From Bifidobacteriaceae bacterium (lineage in GTDB: Bacteria; Actinomycetota; Actinomycetes; Actinomycetales; WQXJ01), in assembly GCA_031278655.1 (NCBI GenBank), contig JAITJZ010000062.1:82-64081 (forward strand): a stretch of DNA of 64,000 nt, written 5' to 3'. How positions within the stretch are numbered: position 1 is the stretch's first letter; the number at the start of each line of letters is the position of its first letter. The notes beneath the pieces are model-generated. The model made no database searches. It worked only from the letters and a program-made list of their open reading frames with translations, and was not told the DNA's origin. The position numbers and the translations under genes are program-made. Shown piece by piece: positions 44,518 through 53,872 of the stretch.

Positions 44518-45824
44518 TCCGCGGCCGGCCGAGTCCCGGCCCCTGCCCCTGGCCCGGGCTCCGGCCCCGGCTCCGGCCCGGGCTGCTCCGGCCCGGGCTG
44601 CTCCGGCCCAGCTTGGACGGGCCTGACGGCGGCGGGCGCGCGGATGGCCAGCGCGGCCGTGCCGGCGGCCGCGGCCAGGCCCGTGACCAGCAGGATCCAG
44701 CGCACCGGCGCCTGCGGCAAATCCATCAGCGGGGCCAGCGCCAGGACGCCTATCGGCGTGGCCAAAAGCATCACGGTGGTCGTCAGGCCCATCACCCGCC
44801 CCAGCGCCTCAGGCGGGCTGTGCTCCTGGAGGACGGTCATCGAAGTGGTCGTCAGACCTGGGGCCACCAGGCCGAATGCGCCCCACAGGGCGATGTAGAC
44901 CCAGACCGAGGGCGAGGCCGCCTGGGCGGCCGTGAACAGGCCCCAGGCCAGGCAGGCCACCAGCATCATGGTCATGCGATTGCGCAAACCGCCCCAGGCC
45001 GCCAGGATGGCGGTGCCCGCCATCATGGCCGCGGAGTAGGCCAGTTCGACACCCGCCAGCATCCAAGGCTCCGAGCCGAACAGTTTCACAACCACGATCG
45101 GCGCCATCACGGCCGCGGGCATGATCAGGCTGTAACAGACCAGGCCCAGCCAGAAGGTCCGGCTCAGCACCGGGCCGGCGCGCATCACGGCGACGCCCTC
45201 GGCCACCTCGCGGACCAGGTGGCGGCGCGGCTGGTCGGCCCCCGGCGGGCGCGGCACGGGGATGAATCCCAGGATGGCTATGGCGACGGCCGCCGTCGCC
45301 ACGTCGATCATCAAGATCGGGGCCAGGTTCCAGACCATCATCAGCCCGGCGGCGGCTGCCGGGGCGACCAGGAAGCAGGCGGATTGGATGCCGGCGTTGA
45401 TGGCGTTGACCCGGAGCAACTGGGCCGGCGGCGTCAACTGCGGCAAGATGGCGGCCTCGGCCGGCATCTGCACCCCGGCGCCGATCGAGCGCGCCAGCAA
45501 GGCGGCGGCCAACAGCCAAAGCTGGTCCAAACCCAGGCTGAGGGCCACGGCCAGGGCCAACGTGACCGCGGCGATGGCGGCATCGGACCAAATCACCAGC
45601 GCCTTGCGCGAATGGCGGTCGGCCCAAACCCCGGCTGGGACGCCGATCAGCCCCTGGGGCAGGACGGACGCCAGCGACAGTAACGCGAACTGCCAGGCCG
45701 AACCGGTGTCGATGGCGACGTGCCAGATGACGGCGTAACCGACCACGGCCGACCCGAACAATGAGACCGCCTGCCCGGTCAAGTAGAGGGCGACCTGGTG
45801 GCGCCAGTTCGGCCGGGGGCTCAT
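44514..45824 (-). CDS. MFS transporter with a Pro/Gly/Glu repeat tail
   Basis: Twelve transmembrane segments. Start taken at MSPRPNW (ATG 45824), 8 nt after TAGGGT. The track start is TTG 45842. Confidence 0.8.
   Translation of the reverse strand: MSPRPNWRHQVALYLTGQAVSLFGSAVVGYAVIWHVAIDTGSAWQFALLSLASVLPQGLIGVPAGVWADRHSRKALVIWSDAAIAAVTLALAVALSLGLDQLWLLAAALLARSIGAGVQMPAEAAILPQLTPPAQLLRVNAINAGIQSACFLVAPAAAAGLMMVWNLAPILMIDVATAAVAIAILGFIPVPRPPGADQPRRHLVREVAEGVAVMRAGPVLSRTFWLGLVCYSLIMPAAVMAPIVVVKLFGSEPWMLAGVELAYSAAMMAGTAILAAWGGLRNRMTMMLVACLAWGLFTAAQAASPSVWVYIALWGAFGLVAPGLTTTSMTVLQEHSPPEALGRVMGLTTTVMLLATPIGVLALAPLMDLPQAPVRWILLVTGLAAAAGTAALAIRAPAAVRPVQAGPEQPGPEQPGPEPGPEPGPGAGAGTRPAAD
44557..44610. 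repeat. 12-bp x2 (ggctccggccc[c/g]) followed by 15-bp x2 (ggctgctccggccc[g/a])
   Basis: Read directly from the sequence. It encodes PEQPGPEQPGPEPGPEPG at the MFS C-terminus. Confidence 0.9.
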
Positions 45825-45853
45825 GACCGACCACCCTAGCAACGCCGCCCCGG

Positions 45854-46072
45854 CTACCAGCCCCAGAGGGTCGACTCGACGCGCAGGGTCTTGCGCCGCA
45901 GCCAGACCCGTTTGGCGCCGCCCCAGTAGCGGGCTGACTTGGCCAGCTCCCAGCGGCCGTACTCGGCCTGGTCGGCGATCAGTTTCTGGGCGGCGGCGGG
46001 CGCCATTTGCGGCGGGACGTTGACCACGCGGTATTCATAGGAGCCGCCGCGCTCCAACCAGGAGTCGATCAT
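45854..46072 (-). CDS. DUF5703-like small protein
   Basis: The whole 72-aa protein (MIDSWLERGGSYEYRVVNVPPQMAPAAAQKLIADQAEYGRWELAKSARYWGGAKRVWLRRK...) has the YEYR...AEYG.WEL...R.WLRR pattern of the family. Confidence 0.55.
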   Translation of the reverse strand: MIDSWLERGGSYEYRVVNVPPQMAPAAAQKLIADQAEYGRWELAKSARYWGGAKRVWLRRKTLRVESTLWGW

Positions 46073-46117
46073 CACCCTCAATGGTAATGAAGCCGCAAAA
46101 CCGGTAACGTCTAAAGC

Positions 46118-46405
46118 ATGAACGCCGAACCTCGCACGGCCCTGGAACACCTGATCGCCGCCCTGGAACGCCACTTTGAGGCGGCGGCGAGCGGCCGGGG
46201 AGACGAGGATCCCGCCTATGTGGCGGCTTACCGGCAACTGATAGACGCCTTTGAGGCTTATGACGACGCGCTGTATGACGCCTACGGCGTCGACGCCGCC
46301 TTCTTGGTCTATGACGATGACGAAGACGACCTGGTCGACGTCGACGCGGACGCCGAGGAGGACGACTTGGAAGACCCCGGCCTGCGGGAGCAGTTCGACC
46401 TCTGA
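46118..46405 (+). CDS. small acidic hypothetical protein
   Basis: 95 aa with a strongly acidic C-terminal half (DDDEDDLVDVDADAEEDDLED). TAACGT lies 7 nt upstream of the ATG. No function is assignable. Confidence 0.5.
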   Translation: MNAEPRTALEHLIAALERHFEAAASGRGDEDPAYVAAYRQLIDAFEAYDDALYDAYGVDAAFLVYDDDEDDLVDVDADAEEDDLEDPGLREQFDL

Positions 46406-46423
46406 GCGCGCGCGGCGCGCCGG

Positions 46424-47377
46424 TCAGTCGGGCGCCGAGACCTCGTCGAGGGCGTCTTCGATTTCCGGCGGCAGGACCAAGTCCGCGCCCACCAGGCTGG
46501 TGTGCAGTTGGGCGGCGGTGCGCGCCCCCAGGATCGCGCTGGCGACGCCCGCCCGTCCCCGCACCCAGGCCAGCGCCACATCCAGCGGGGCCACGCCCAG
46601 GCCGTCGGCCGCCGTCGCCACCGCTTCGACCACCGCCGCCGCGGCGCTGGTCAGGTAGGGGGTGACGAAGCCCTGGAGGTGCGGTGAGGCGGCCCGCGAG
46701 TCGGCCGGCACGCCGTGGCGGTATTTGCCGGTCAGCACGCCGCGGCCGAGCGGGCTCCAGGCCAGCAAGCCCAAACCCATGGCCGATGCCGCCGGGGCCA
46801 GTTCGCGCTCGACGCGCCGGTTGAGCAGGGAGTATTCGACCTCGACGGCCGTCAGGCCGGCGCCCAGGCCGGCGTTCTGGACGAGGCTGTGGGCGCGGGC
46901 CGTCACCCAGGCGGGGTGGTTGGAGAGCCCGATGTAGCGGGCTTTGCCGGTGTCGACCGCCCATTGCAGCGCCCCCAGGGTTTCCTCCAGCGGGACGGCC
47001 GGGTCGGGGCGCTGGACCAGCCACAGGTCGACGCGGTCGGTGCCGAGGCGGCACAGCGACTCGGTCAGGTTGTCGATCAGGTTGCCGCGCGAGGCGTCCG
47101 TCTGGAAATGCTGTCCGCGCAGCTTGGAGCCTGATTTGGTGCAGATGACCAGGTCGTCGCGGTCGGCCAGGCCGGAACGCATGAGCGAGCCGAGCAGTTC
47201 CTCGGCGGCGCCGTCGCCGTAAGAAGCAGCGGTGTCGACCAGGGTGCCGCCCGCCTGCGTGAACTCCGCCAACTGGTCGGCCGCGTCCATCTCATCGGTG
47301 TCGCGCCCCCAGGTCATAGTGCCCAAGGCGATTGACGAAACCTTCAAGCCGCTGGCGCCAACATTCCGGTAGTCCAC
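46424..47377 (-). CDS. aldo/keto reductase
   Basis: Contains MDYRNVGASGLKVSSIALGTMTWG, DTAASYG and CTKSG. GTG start at 47377. Confidence 0.85.
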   Translation of the reverse strand: MDYRNVGASGLKVSSIALGTMTWGRDTDEMDAADQLAEFTQAGGTLVDTAASYGDGAAEELLGSLMRSGLADRDDLVICTKSGSKLRGQHFQTDASRGNLIDNLTESLCRLGTDRVDLWLVQRPDPAVPLEETLGALQWAVDTGKARYIGLSNHPAWVTARAHSLVQNAGLGAGLTAVEVEYSLLNRRVERELAPAASAMGLGLLAWSPLGRGVLTGKYRHGVPADSRAASPHLQGFVTPYLTSAAAAVVEAVATAADGLGVAPLDVALAWVRGRAGVASAILGARTAAQLHTSLVGADLVLPPEIEDALDEVSAPD

Positions 47378-47383
47378 GCCACC

Positions 47384-47393
47384 AGCCTATAGT
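47384..47393. promoter_or_regulatory. overlapping -10 hexamers in the 23-bp gap between the divergent AKR and uppP genes
   Basis: On the minus strand TAGGCT (47389-47384) is followed by 6 nt and GTG 47377. On the plus strand TATAGT (47388-47393) is followed by 7 nt and GTG 47401. The two hexamers share 2 bp. Confidence 0.45.
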
Positions 47394-47400
47394 TGAGCGG

Positions 47401-48252
47401 GTGACTCTTTGGGAAGCCCTCCTTTTGGGCCTGGTGCAAGGCTTGACCGAGTTTCTGCCGATCTCGTCCTCCGCCCACATCAGGATCATCGGGGAGTTCT
47501 TGCCCTCGGCCGCGGACCCGGGCGCGGCCTTCACCGCCATCATCCAGATCGGCACAGAGTTGGCGGTCCTGGTCTACTTCCGCCGCGAGGTCTGGGCCAT
47601 CATCCGGTCCTGGACCTTGTCCTGGCGCCAGGGCGGGCGGCCGATCAACCAGGACGCCCGCATGGGCTGGCTGATCATCCTCGGCTCGGCGCCAATAGTG
47701 ATTCTCGGGGTCCTGTTCCAGGAGTCGATCGAAACCCACCTGCGCAACCTTTACATCCCCGGCGCCACCCTGGTCGGCTTCGGGCTGGTGCTGGGGGCGG
47801 CCGACCTCTACGCCGGGCGGCGGGCGGCGACGTTCGAGCCCAAGTCCTTGGACGGCATCGGCGGCCGTGACGGGCTGCTTTACGGCCTGGCGCAAGCGTT
47901 GGCGCTGATCCCGGGCGTCTCCCGGTCCGGCGGGACCATCACCGCCGGGCTCCTGATGGGCTACTCGCGGGAGGCGGCGGCGCGGTACTCGTTCCTGCTG
48001 GCCATGCCCGCCGTCTTCGGGGCCGGCGTGCTGGAATTGGTCAAGGCGCTGGGCGACCAGGCAGCGCTGGCGGCCGGCTGGGGCAACACCCTGGCCGCCG
48101 GGGCGGTCGCCTTCGCGGTCGGCTACCTGGTCATCATCGCCTTCCTGAAGATCGTCTCGACCTATTCCTACAAACCCTTCGTCTTTTACCGCGTGGCATT
48201 GGGCCTGGCGGTGATAGCGCTGCTGGCGGCGGGCGTCTTGTACCCTAGCTAG
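47401..48252 (+). CDS. uppP: undecaprenyl-diphosphate phosphatase
   Basis: Opens VTLWEALLLGLVQGLTEFLPISSSAH and contains PGVSRSGGTI. Confidence 0.9.
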   Translation: MTLWEALLLGLVQGLTEFLPISSSAHIRIIGEFLPSAADPGAAFTAIIQIGTELAVLVYFRREVWAIIRSWTLSWRQGGRPINQDARMGWLIILGSAPIVILGVLFQESIETHLRNLYIPGATLVGFGLVLGAADLYAGRRAATFEPKSLDGIGGRDGLLYGLAQALALIPGVSRSGGTITAGLLMGYSREAAARYSFLLAMPAVFGAGVLELVKALGDQAALAAGWGNTLAAGAVAFAVGYLVIIAFLKIVSTYSYKPFVFYRVALGLAVIALLAAGVLYPS

Positions 48253-49515
48253 GTGCACCCCTGGACCGGCCCGATAGTCAGCGTCATCCCTGGCACCGGC
48301 GAGGTCCCCCAGATTCACGACGACATCAGCGGCGGGCTGCGCCCGAGCGTCGTCGGCGAGCGCGCCAACCTCTATGTTTGCGGGATCACGCCCTACGACT
48401 CGACCCATCTGGGGCACGCCTTCACCTATCTGGCCTTCGACCTGTTGGTCCGGGCCTGGCGCGACCTGGGCGTGGGCGTGCGCTACGCCCAAGGGTTGAC
48501 GGACGTTGACGACCCGCTGCTGGAGCGCGCGCGCGCGACCGGCAAAGACTGGCGGAAGATCGCCGCCCAACAGACGGCGCTTTACAAGGCCGACATGGCG
48601 GCGCTGCGCGTGATCCCGCCGGACTCCTACCGGGGGGTGGTCGAATCGGTGCCGCAGATCGTGGCCGCGGTCGAACGGATGATCGACGCCGGGCGGGCTT
48701 ACCGCGTGCCGGTGGCCGGATCGGGCGCCTCCAGTTTGGGCGACGTCTACGCCGACCTCGGCGCCGACCCGGACTACGGCGGCCTCAGCCGCCTCAGCCG
48801 CGAGGCCCAGGACCGGTTGTTCTCCGAACGCGGCGGCGACCCGGACCGGCCCGGCAAACGCGACCGGCTCGACCCGCTGCTGTGGCGGGCGGCGCGCGCG
48901 GGCGAGCCGTCGTGGGACGGGCGGACCCTGGGCCGCGGGCGGCCCGGCTGGCACATCGAGTGCGCCGTCATCGCCTCGGCCGAGTTGGACCAGCCTTTCG
49001 ACGTCCTGGGCGGCGGGCGCGACCTGGTCTTCCCGCATCACGAGATGTCGGTCTCGCATTCGCGCGCGCTGAGCGGGCTGGAGGCGCCCGCCCGCTTGTC
49101 GATGCACACCGGCATGGTCCATTACGACGGCCAGAAGATGTCCAAATCCGTTGGCAACCTGGTGTTCGTGTCCGAGTTGCTGGATCGCGGCGTCAACCCG
49201 GCCGCCTTGCGCCTGGCGCTGATCGGCCACCACTACCGGGGCGACTGGGAGTGGCGCGGGCGCGAGTTGGCCCTGGCCGAGGCCCGCCTGGCGCGCTGGC
49301 GCGAGGCCATCGGCTCGGTCAAACCGCAAGGGCCCTCCGGTGAGACGATCGCCAAAATCCGCTCGGCCCTGGCCCGGGACCTGGACACGGCCGCCGCCAT
49401 CGCCGCCGTCGATGATTGGGTCAGCGCGGCGCCGCTGGCGCGCGAGCGCTCGCCGTACGCGGCCGCCGATCTGCGCCGGGCCATCGACGCGCTGTTGGGG
49501 ATCAAGCTTTACTGA
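48253..49515 (+). CDS. mshC: cysteine--1-D-myo-inosityl 2-amino-2-deoxy-alpha-D-glucopyranoside ligase (mycothiol biosynthesis)
   Basis: A CysRS-like class I enzyme with YVCGITPYDSTHLGHAFTY and KMSKSVGN. It lacks a tRNA anticodon-binding extension. GTG 48253 directly abuts the uppP stop. Confidence 0.9.
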   Translation: MHPWTGPIVSVIPGTGEVPQIHDDISGGLRPSVVGERANLYVCGITPYDSTHLGHAFTYLAFDLLVRAWRDLGVGVRYAQGLTDVDDPLLERARATGKDWRKIAAQQTALYKADMAALRVIPPDSYRGVVESVPQIVAAVERMIDAGRAYRVPVAGSGASSLGDVYADLGADPDYGGLSRLSREAQDRLFSERGGDPDRPGKRDRLDPLLWRAARAGEPSWDGRTLGRGRPGWHIECAVIASAELDQPFDVLGGGRDLVFPHHEMSVSHSRALSGLEAPARLSMHTGMVHYDGQKMSKSVGNLVFVSELLDRGVNPAALRLALIGHHYRGDWEWRGRELALAEARLARWREAIGSVKPQGPSGETIAKIRSALARDLDTAAAIAAVDDWVSAAPLARERSPYAAADLRRAIDALLGIKLY

Positions 49516-49591
49516 GGGGCGCCGGGTCCGGCCGCGCCGCGCCGGGGCGCCCGATGCCGCCGCCGGCCTTGGCGGCCGGGGCCCGGCTCGG

Positions 49592-49650
49592 CTTGGGGTC
49601 ACTTTTCGGCCGGCCTTGGGTCTTGCTGGTCGGCCGGCCTTGGGGTCACT
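49592..49650. repeat. about 24-bp unit x3 (cttgggg-tcact../..cggccggc) between the convergent mshC and PAC2 genes
   Basis: cttggggtcact occurs at 49592-49603 and 49639-49650. cggccggccttggg occurs at 49607 and 49631. The last copy contains the PAC2 stop (49646-49648). The two GGCCGGCC palindromes could pair as a bidirectional terminator. Confidence 0.75.
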
Positions 49651-50461
49651 GGTTGCCGCGACGGCGCAGGTAGCGCTCGAACTCTTTGGCCAGGGCCTCG
49701 CCGGAGGCGGCGGGCGAGTCGAGGGCGTCGTTGGCGGCCTCGAGCGAGGCGATGTAGCCGGCGATCTCCGGGTCGCTGGCGGCCAGAGAATTGACGCCTT
49801 CGGTCCAGGCCCGGGCTTCGTCCGCGAGTTCGGCGGTGGGCAGATCGTCCAGGCCGAGGATCTCCGCCAGCTTGCCGATGATGGCCAGCTCGGCCTTGGG
49901 CGAGGGCGGGTTGGCGACATAGTGAGGCACCGGCGCCCACAGCGCCATCGACTCGATCCCGTGATCTTCGAAGGCCGTTTGCTCCAGCACTGAGACGATC
50001 CCGGTGGGGCCTTCGTAGCTGGGCTGGTCGCCGCCGAACTGGCGGCGCAAGCTCTCCGACTCGGAAGTGATCTGAACCGGGATGGACCGCGAGTGGGGCA
50101 CATCTGCCAGCAGCGCTCCGACCACGATCAACTGGTCGACCTCCCATTGCCTCAGCCGCTCGATGACCTCTGCGGTGAACGTTTGCCAATGAAAGGACGG
50201 CTCGACGCCGCAGACAAGAATCAGCGGCTCGCCGCCGGGGGTCTCGGTGGTCCAAAAGTCGGTGCTGGGCCAACGCAGGTGGCGCCTCCCGTCCGCGTCG
50301 ACGCGGACCAGTGGGCGGTTGACCTGGAAATCGCAGTAGTCCTCGGGGCTGATCGAACCGGCGTCCTCCGCGCCTAGGCTGTGAGCCAAGAAGGTGATGG
50401 CGTCGCTGGCCGCCGACCCGGCGTCGTTCCAACCGGCGAAGGCGGCAATGGCTGTGGACAC
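49646..50461 (-). CDS. PAC2 (proteasome assembly chaperone 2-like) family protein
   Basis: Contains FAGWNDAG, EPSFHW and PTGIVSVLE. TAAAGT lies 6 nt upstream of GTG 50461. Confidence 0.8.
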   Translation of the reverse strand: MSTAIAAFAGWNDAGSAASDAITFLAHSLGAEDAGSISPEDYCDFQVNRPLVRVDADGRRHLRWPSTDFWTTETPGGEPLILVCGVEPSFHWQTFTAEVIERLRQWEVDQLIVVGALLADVPHSRSIPVQITSESESLRRQFGGDQPSYEGPTGIVSVLEQTAFEDHGIESMALWAPVPHYVANPPSPKAELAIIGKLAEILGLDDLPTAELADEARAWTEGVNSLAASDPEIAGYIASLEAANDALDSPAASGEALAKEFERYLRRRGNQ

Positions 50462-50558
50462 CCGCTCACTTTACTAGGGGGATATCATTCGACCTGACCG
50501 GCGCGCCGTCCGCGCCGCCGCAGTCGCCAACCAACCACGTCAACGTCAGGAAGACCGC

Positions 50559-51377
50559 ATGACCGGCGCCACGCCACCCGTCCCGACCAATCCGACGGCC
50601 CTGGCCGCCGCTCCGGCCGCCGCCGCGGCCCCGGCCGCGGCCCCGAAGCTGGCCGGCGTGCTCTGGGACCTCGACGGCACCGTGGTCGACTCCGAACCGG
50701 CCTGGTTCGCGGCCGAGACCGCCCTGGTCGAACGCCACGGCGGAGCCTGGTCGGGCGAACAAGCCATGCGCCTGATCGGCTCCGACCTCACCCACACGGC
50801 CCAGGTCTTGCAGCGCGCGGGCGTCCGGCTGGAGACGAAGGAACTGGTCAACGCGCTCCTTGAGATGGTCGCTGAGCAGGTGATGGCGACCCGGCCGTGG
50901 CGGCCGGGGGTGCTCGACGCGCTCGCCGAATGCCGGGCGGCGGGGCTCAGAAGCGCGCTGGTGTCGATGTCCTGGCGGCGGTTCACAACCGCCGTGGCCG
51001 GCCTGGCCCCGGGGATGTTCGAGGTCGTCGTCTCCGGCGACGACGTGCGTCGCGGCAAACCCGACCCTGAGGCCTATCTCCTTGGGGTCGCCAAGCTCGG
51101 CCTGTCCCGGGCCGAGTGCGTGGCCGTCGAGGATTCGCCCACGGGGGTGGCGTCCGCCCTGGCGGCGGGCCTGGCCACCGTCGCGGTGCCCAACCCGGTG
51201 ATGGGCGGCGCGCCCACCGAGCCGATCACGCCGGCGCCGGGGTTGACGATCCTCGGCTCGACCGCGCAGATCACGGTGGAACTGCTGCGTCGGGTTCATC
51301 TGGAAACTCAAGCGGCCGCCCGCCGAACAGCGGGCATCTGTCCTGAAACGAGCACCAGCCGCAGAGCGGCCCTTTGA
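50559..51377 (+). CDS. HAD-family hydrolase
   Basis: Has VLWDLDGTVVDSE (motif I), VSMS and GKPDPEAY. AGGAAG lies upstream. The C-terminal roughly 35 aa overlap the convergent gene and may be run-on. Confidence 0.8.
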   Translation: MTGATPPVPTNPTALAAAPAAAAAPAAAPKLAGVLWDLDGTVVDSEPAWFAAETALVERHGGAWSGEQAMRLIGSDLTHTAQVLQRAGVRLETKELVNALLEMVAEQVMATRPWRPGVLDALAECRAAGLRSALVSMSWRRFTTAVAGLAPGMFEVVVSGDDVRRGKPDPEAYLLGVAKLGLSRAECVAVEDSPTGVASALAAGLATVAVPNPVMGGAPTEPITPAPGLTILGSTAQITVELLRRVHLETQAAARRTAGICPETSTSRRAAL

Positions 51378-52086
51378 CCGGCGGGAAGTCGCGGGCCTCG
51401 ACCATCCTGACGATCTGAGACCAGATGGTCTCAAGGCGCAGCCCGGTGTGCTCCAGTTGGGACGCGGTCGGCTCGGCCGTCAGCACCTGCCGGTTGCCCA
51501 GGTAGATCAGTTTGACCTGTTCCGCGGCCTGGCCCCGGGCCAGCCAAATGACCAGGGCGTAGAAGCGGAGTTGGAACAGCGTCTCGCTCTGGTAGCGCGG
51601 CGCCGGCGCCTTGCCGGTCTTGTAATCGACTATCCGGATGGCGCCCGAGCCGGGGGCCACGTCCAGGCGGTCGATGTACCCGCGCAGCAGCGGCCCGCCC
51701 GCCAGCGGCGCCTCCACCAGCAGTTCGCGCGACTCGGGCGCGAGGCGCGTCGGGTCCTCCAGCGTGAAATATGAGTCGACCAGGTCGCGGGCGGCGCCGA
51801 TGAACGCCTCCGGCGTCAGCGATCCGTCCGCGAACAATTGGTCGACCCGCCCGTCGCGCTCCCGCAGCGCCTGGTACGCCCCCGCGACCAGGGATTGCGC
51901 CGCCTCGGGCGTTCGCTCGGCGGCGGCCAGGTCGAACAGCGCCTCCAGCACCGCGTGCACCAGCGTGCCGCGCATCGCCGCTGCCGAGGCCGGCTCCTCC
52001 AGCCGGTCGATCGCCCGGTAGCGGTAGAGCAGCGGGCAGCGCATGAAATCCGACGCCCGCGAGGGCGAGAGGGTCGAGACCAACAT
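51271..52086 (-). CDS. PD-(D/E)XK / RecB-family exonuclease with a C-terminal Cys cluster
   Basis: Contains LSPSRASDFMRCPLLYRYR, RIVDYKTGK and CGWCSFQDRC. Start taken at ATG 52086, 7 nt after TAGGGT. The track start is GTG 52095. Confidence 0.8.
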   Translation of the reverse strand: MLVSTLSPSRASDFMRCPLLYRYRAIDRLEEPASAAAMRGTLVHAVLEALFDLAAAERTPEAAQSLVAGAYQALRERDGRVDQLFADGSLTPEAFIGAARDLVDSYFTLEDPTRLAPESRELLVEAPLAGGPLLRGYIDRLDVAPGSGAIRIVDYKTGKAPAPRYQSETLFQLRFYALVIWLARGQAAEQVKLIYLGNRQVLTAEPTASQLEHTGLRLETIWSQIVRMVEARDFPPVKGPLCGWCSFQDRCPLFGGRPLEFPDEPDAAVPP

Positions 52087-52258
52087 GGCTACCACCCTAG
52101 GCCGGACCGCCAGCGGTCGGGTCCCGTCGCGTCTGCCCAGGCCGGGCGGCGCGTGTGACGTTTCTGTTTCGCGCGTTCCACCAGCGCAAATGACCCGCTA
52201 TTCTGGCCACTTGGGCTTTGCCGCCCGACCAGAGGCGGCCTCACCGGAAGGTAGAACC

Positions 52259-53872
52259 ATGATTTTGACGAAGAACTTGCGAATTCGGGCGGCGGCTGTG
52301 ATCGGCGCGGCGGCCCTTTTGACCTCGGCGTGCGGGGGCGCCGATGACGATTCGGGGGGCTCGGGCGGCGGTCAGACGGGCGGCGGCGGCGGCTCCGACG
52401 CCGCTCAGATCGTGGTCGACACCACCTTTGACATCAAGACCGTGGACCCCGGGCGGGAATATGAGCCGACCGGGCAGATCCTGGTCAAGGCTCTTTACGA
52501 CACCCTGCTGACCTTCGCGGACGACGACACCACCACAGTCATCCCGGACCTGGCCAGTTATGAGTCGAATGACGACCAGACCGAATTCACCTTCACCGTG
52601 GCGGAGGGCCGGGTCTTCTCAGACGGCACCGCCGTCACCGCCGCGGACGCGGTCTTCTCGCTGCAGCGGCTGCAAGGCTTGAAAGGCAACCCATCGTTCC
52701 TGCTCGACGGCGTGACCGTCACAGAAGTGGACGAGATGACCCTGAAACTGACCACAGCCGAGCCCTCTCCGGCGCTGCCCGCCATCTTGGCGACGCCATC
52801 GTGCGGGATTCTCAACTCAAAGGTGGTGCTGGAGAACGGCGGCGCCACCGACGAATCCGATCAGGCGGAGCAGTTCCTGAACGAGACCTCGGCCGGGTCC
52901 GGGCCGTACACCCTTGACAAACTCGACGCCGCCTCCGAGGCGATCCTGGTCAAGAACCCGAAGTACAACGGCCCGCAGACGCCCGCCTATGACACGGTCA
53001 TCCTGCGCAACACCGAGCCCGCCACGCAGAAGATGAACGTTGAGCGGGGGGACTCGCAGGTGGCTTTGGGGCTGAGCGGGGACATGATCGACTCGCTGGC
53101 CGAAGGCGTCGAAGTCGAGTCCGTGCCCTCGGCCACAGTCGTGTTCCTGCTGATCAACTCGGACGCGGCGACCTCGGCCGTGACCGCCAAGCCGGAATTC
53201 GTCAAAGCGGTCAAGGCGGCCATCGACTATGACAGCCTGCTGGAGATCGCCGGTCGCGGCGCCGCCCAAGCCACCGGCTTGGTGCCGTCTGTGTTCCTGG
53301 GCGCGCTGCCGGCTTCTGAGGCGCTGAAATACGACGCCGACGCCGCCAAAGCCGCCGCTGAGGCGGCCGGGGCGGCGGGCCAGAAGCTGACCTTGTCCTT
53401 CCCGAACGACATCGACCCGACCGGCCTGAATCTGACGACGCTGGCCGAACGGGTGCAGGCCCAGTTGGCGGCGGTCGGGATCGATGTCGACTTGGCGCCG
53501 GCGCCGTTCGCCACCGAGGTCGACGCCTACCGCGACGGCAAGGAGCAGATCGGGCTCTGGTATTGGAATCCTGACTACATGGACCCGGCCAACTACCTGG
53601 CCTTCGGCCCAGGCCAGACTGTCGGCCTGAGGGCCGGCTGGCCCGCCGGCGCCAATACGGCGATCGAGGAACTGGTGGCGAAGGGTTACACCACCGGCGA
53701 CCTGGCCGAGCGCAAGACGGTCTTCGAGGAATGGGGCAAAGCCATGAACGCGGACGGACCGTTCGTGCCGTTGGTCCAGCCGGGCTCGAATGTGGTGTAC
53801 CAGCCGACTGTCACGGGGGTCTATTACAACCCGGTCTGGCTGATCAATGTCGCTGGCCTCTCCCCAGCCTGA
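52259..53872 (+). CDS. ABC transporter substrate-binding lipoprotein (family 5)
   Basis: MILTKNLRIRAAAVIGAAALLTSACGG is a lipoprotein signal. GGAAGG lies upstream of ATG 52259. Confidence 0.85.
   Translation: MILTKNLRIRAAAVIGAAALLTSACGGADDDSGGSGGGQTGGGGGSDAAQIVVDTTFDIKTVDPGREYEPTGQILVKALYDTLLTFADDDTTTVIPDLASYESNDDQTEFTFTVAEGRVFSDGTAVTAADAVFSLQRLQGLKGNPSFLLDGVTVTEVDEMTLKLTTAEPSPALPAILATPSCGILNSKVVLENGGATDESDQAEQFLNETSAGSGPYTLDKLDAASEAILVKNPKYNGPQTPAYDTVILRNTEPATQKMNVERGDSQVALGLSGDMIDSLAEGVEVESVPSATVVFLLINSDAATSAVTAKPEFVKAVKAAIDYDSLLEIAGRGAAQATGLVPSVFLGALPASEALKYDADAAKAAAEAAGAAGQKLTLSFPNDIDPTGLNLTTLAERVQAQLAAVGIDVDLAPAPFATEVDAYRDGKEQIGLWYWNPDYMDPANYLAFGPGQTVGLRAGWPAGANTAIEELVAKGYTTGDLAERKTVFEEWGKAMNADGPFVPLVQPGSNVVYQPTVTGVYYNPVWLINVAGLSPA

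Noticed and set aside
47344-50103. A 919-aa minus-strand ORF.
   Set aside because: It is antisense to uppP, mshC and part of the intergenic region. The composition is Arg/Pro/Gly-rich with no motifs, whereas the sense-strand genes are unambiguous.
51271-51377. A 107-nt convergent overlap between the HAD hydrolase and RecB-like genes, with smaller convergent overlaps at 6198-6235, 21767-21793, 24471-24496 and 37166-37191.
   Set aside because: The overlapping tails are low-complexity run-on after the conserved domains end. They most likely reflect the scarcity of stop codons in GC-rich DNA rather than functional overlap.
51271-52086. The PD-(D/E)XK nuclease with a Cys cluster as a Cas4 or part of a defence locus.
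   Set aside because: There are no cas genes, array or other defence genes nearby. Its neighbours (HAD, PAC2, mshC) are conserved housekeeping genes, and the family is a widespread stand-alone RecB-like exonuclease in actinobacteria.
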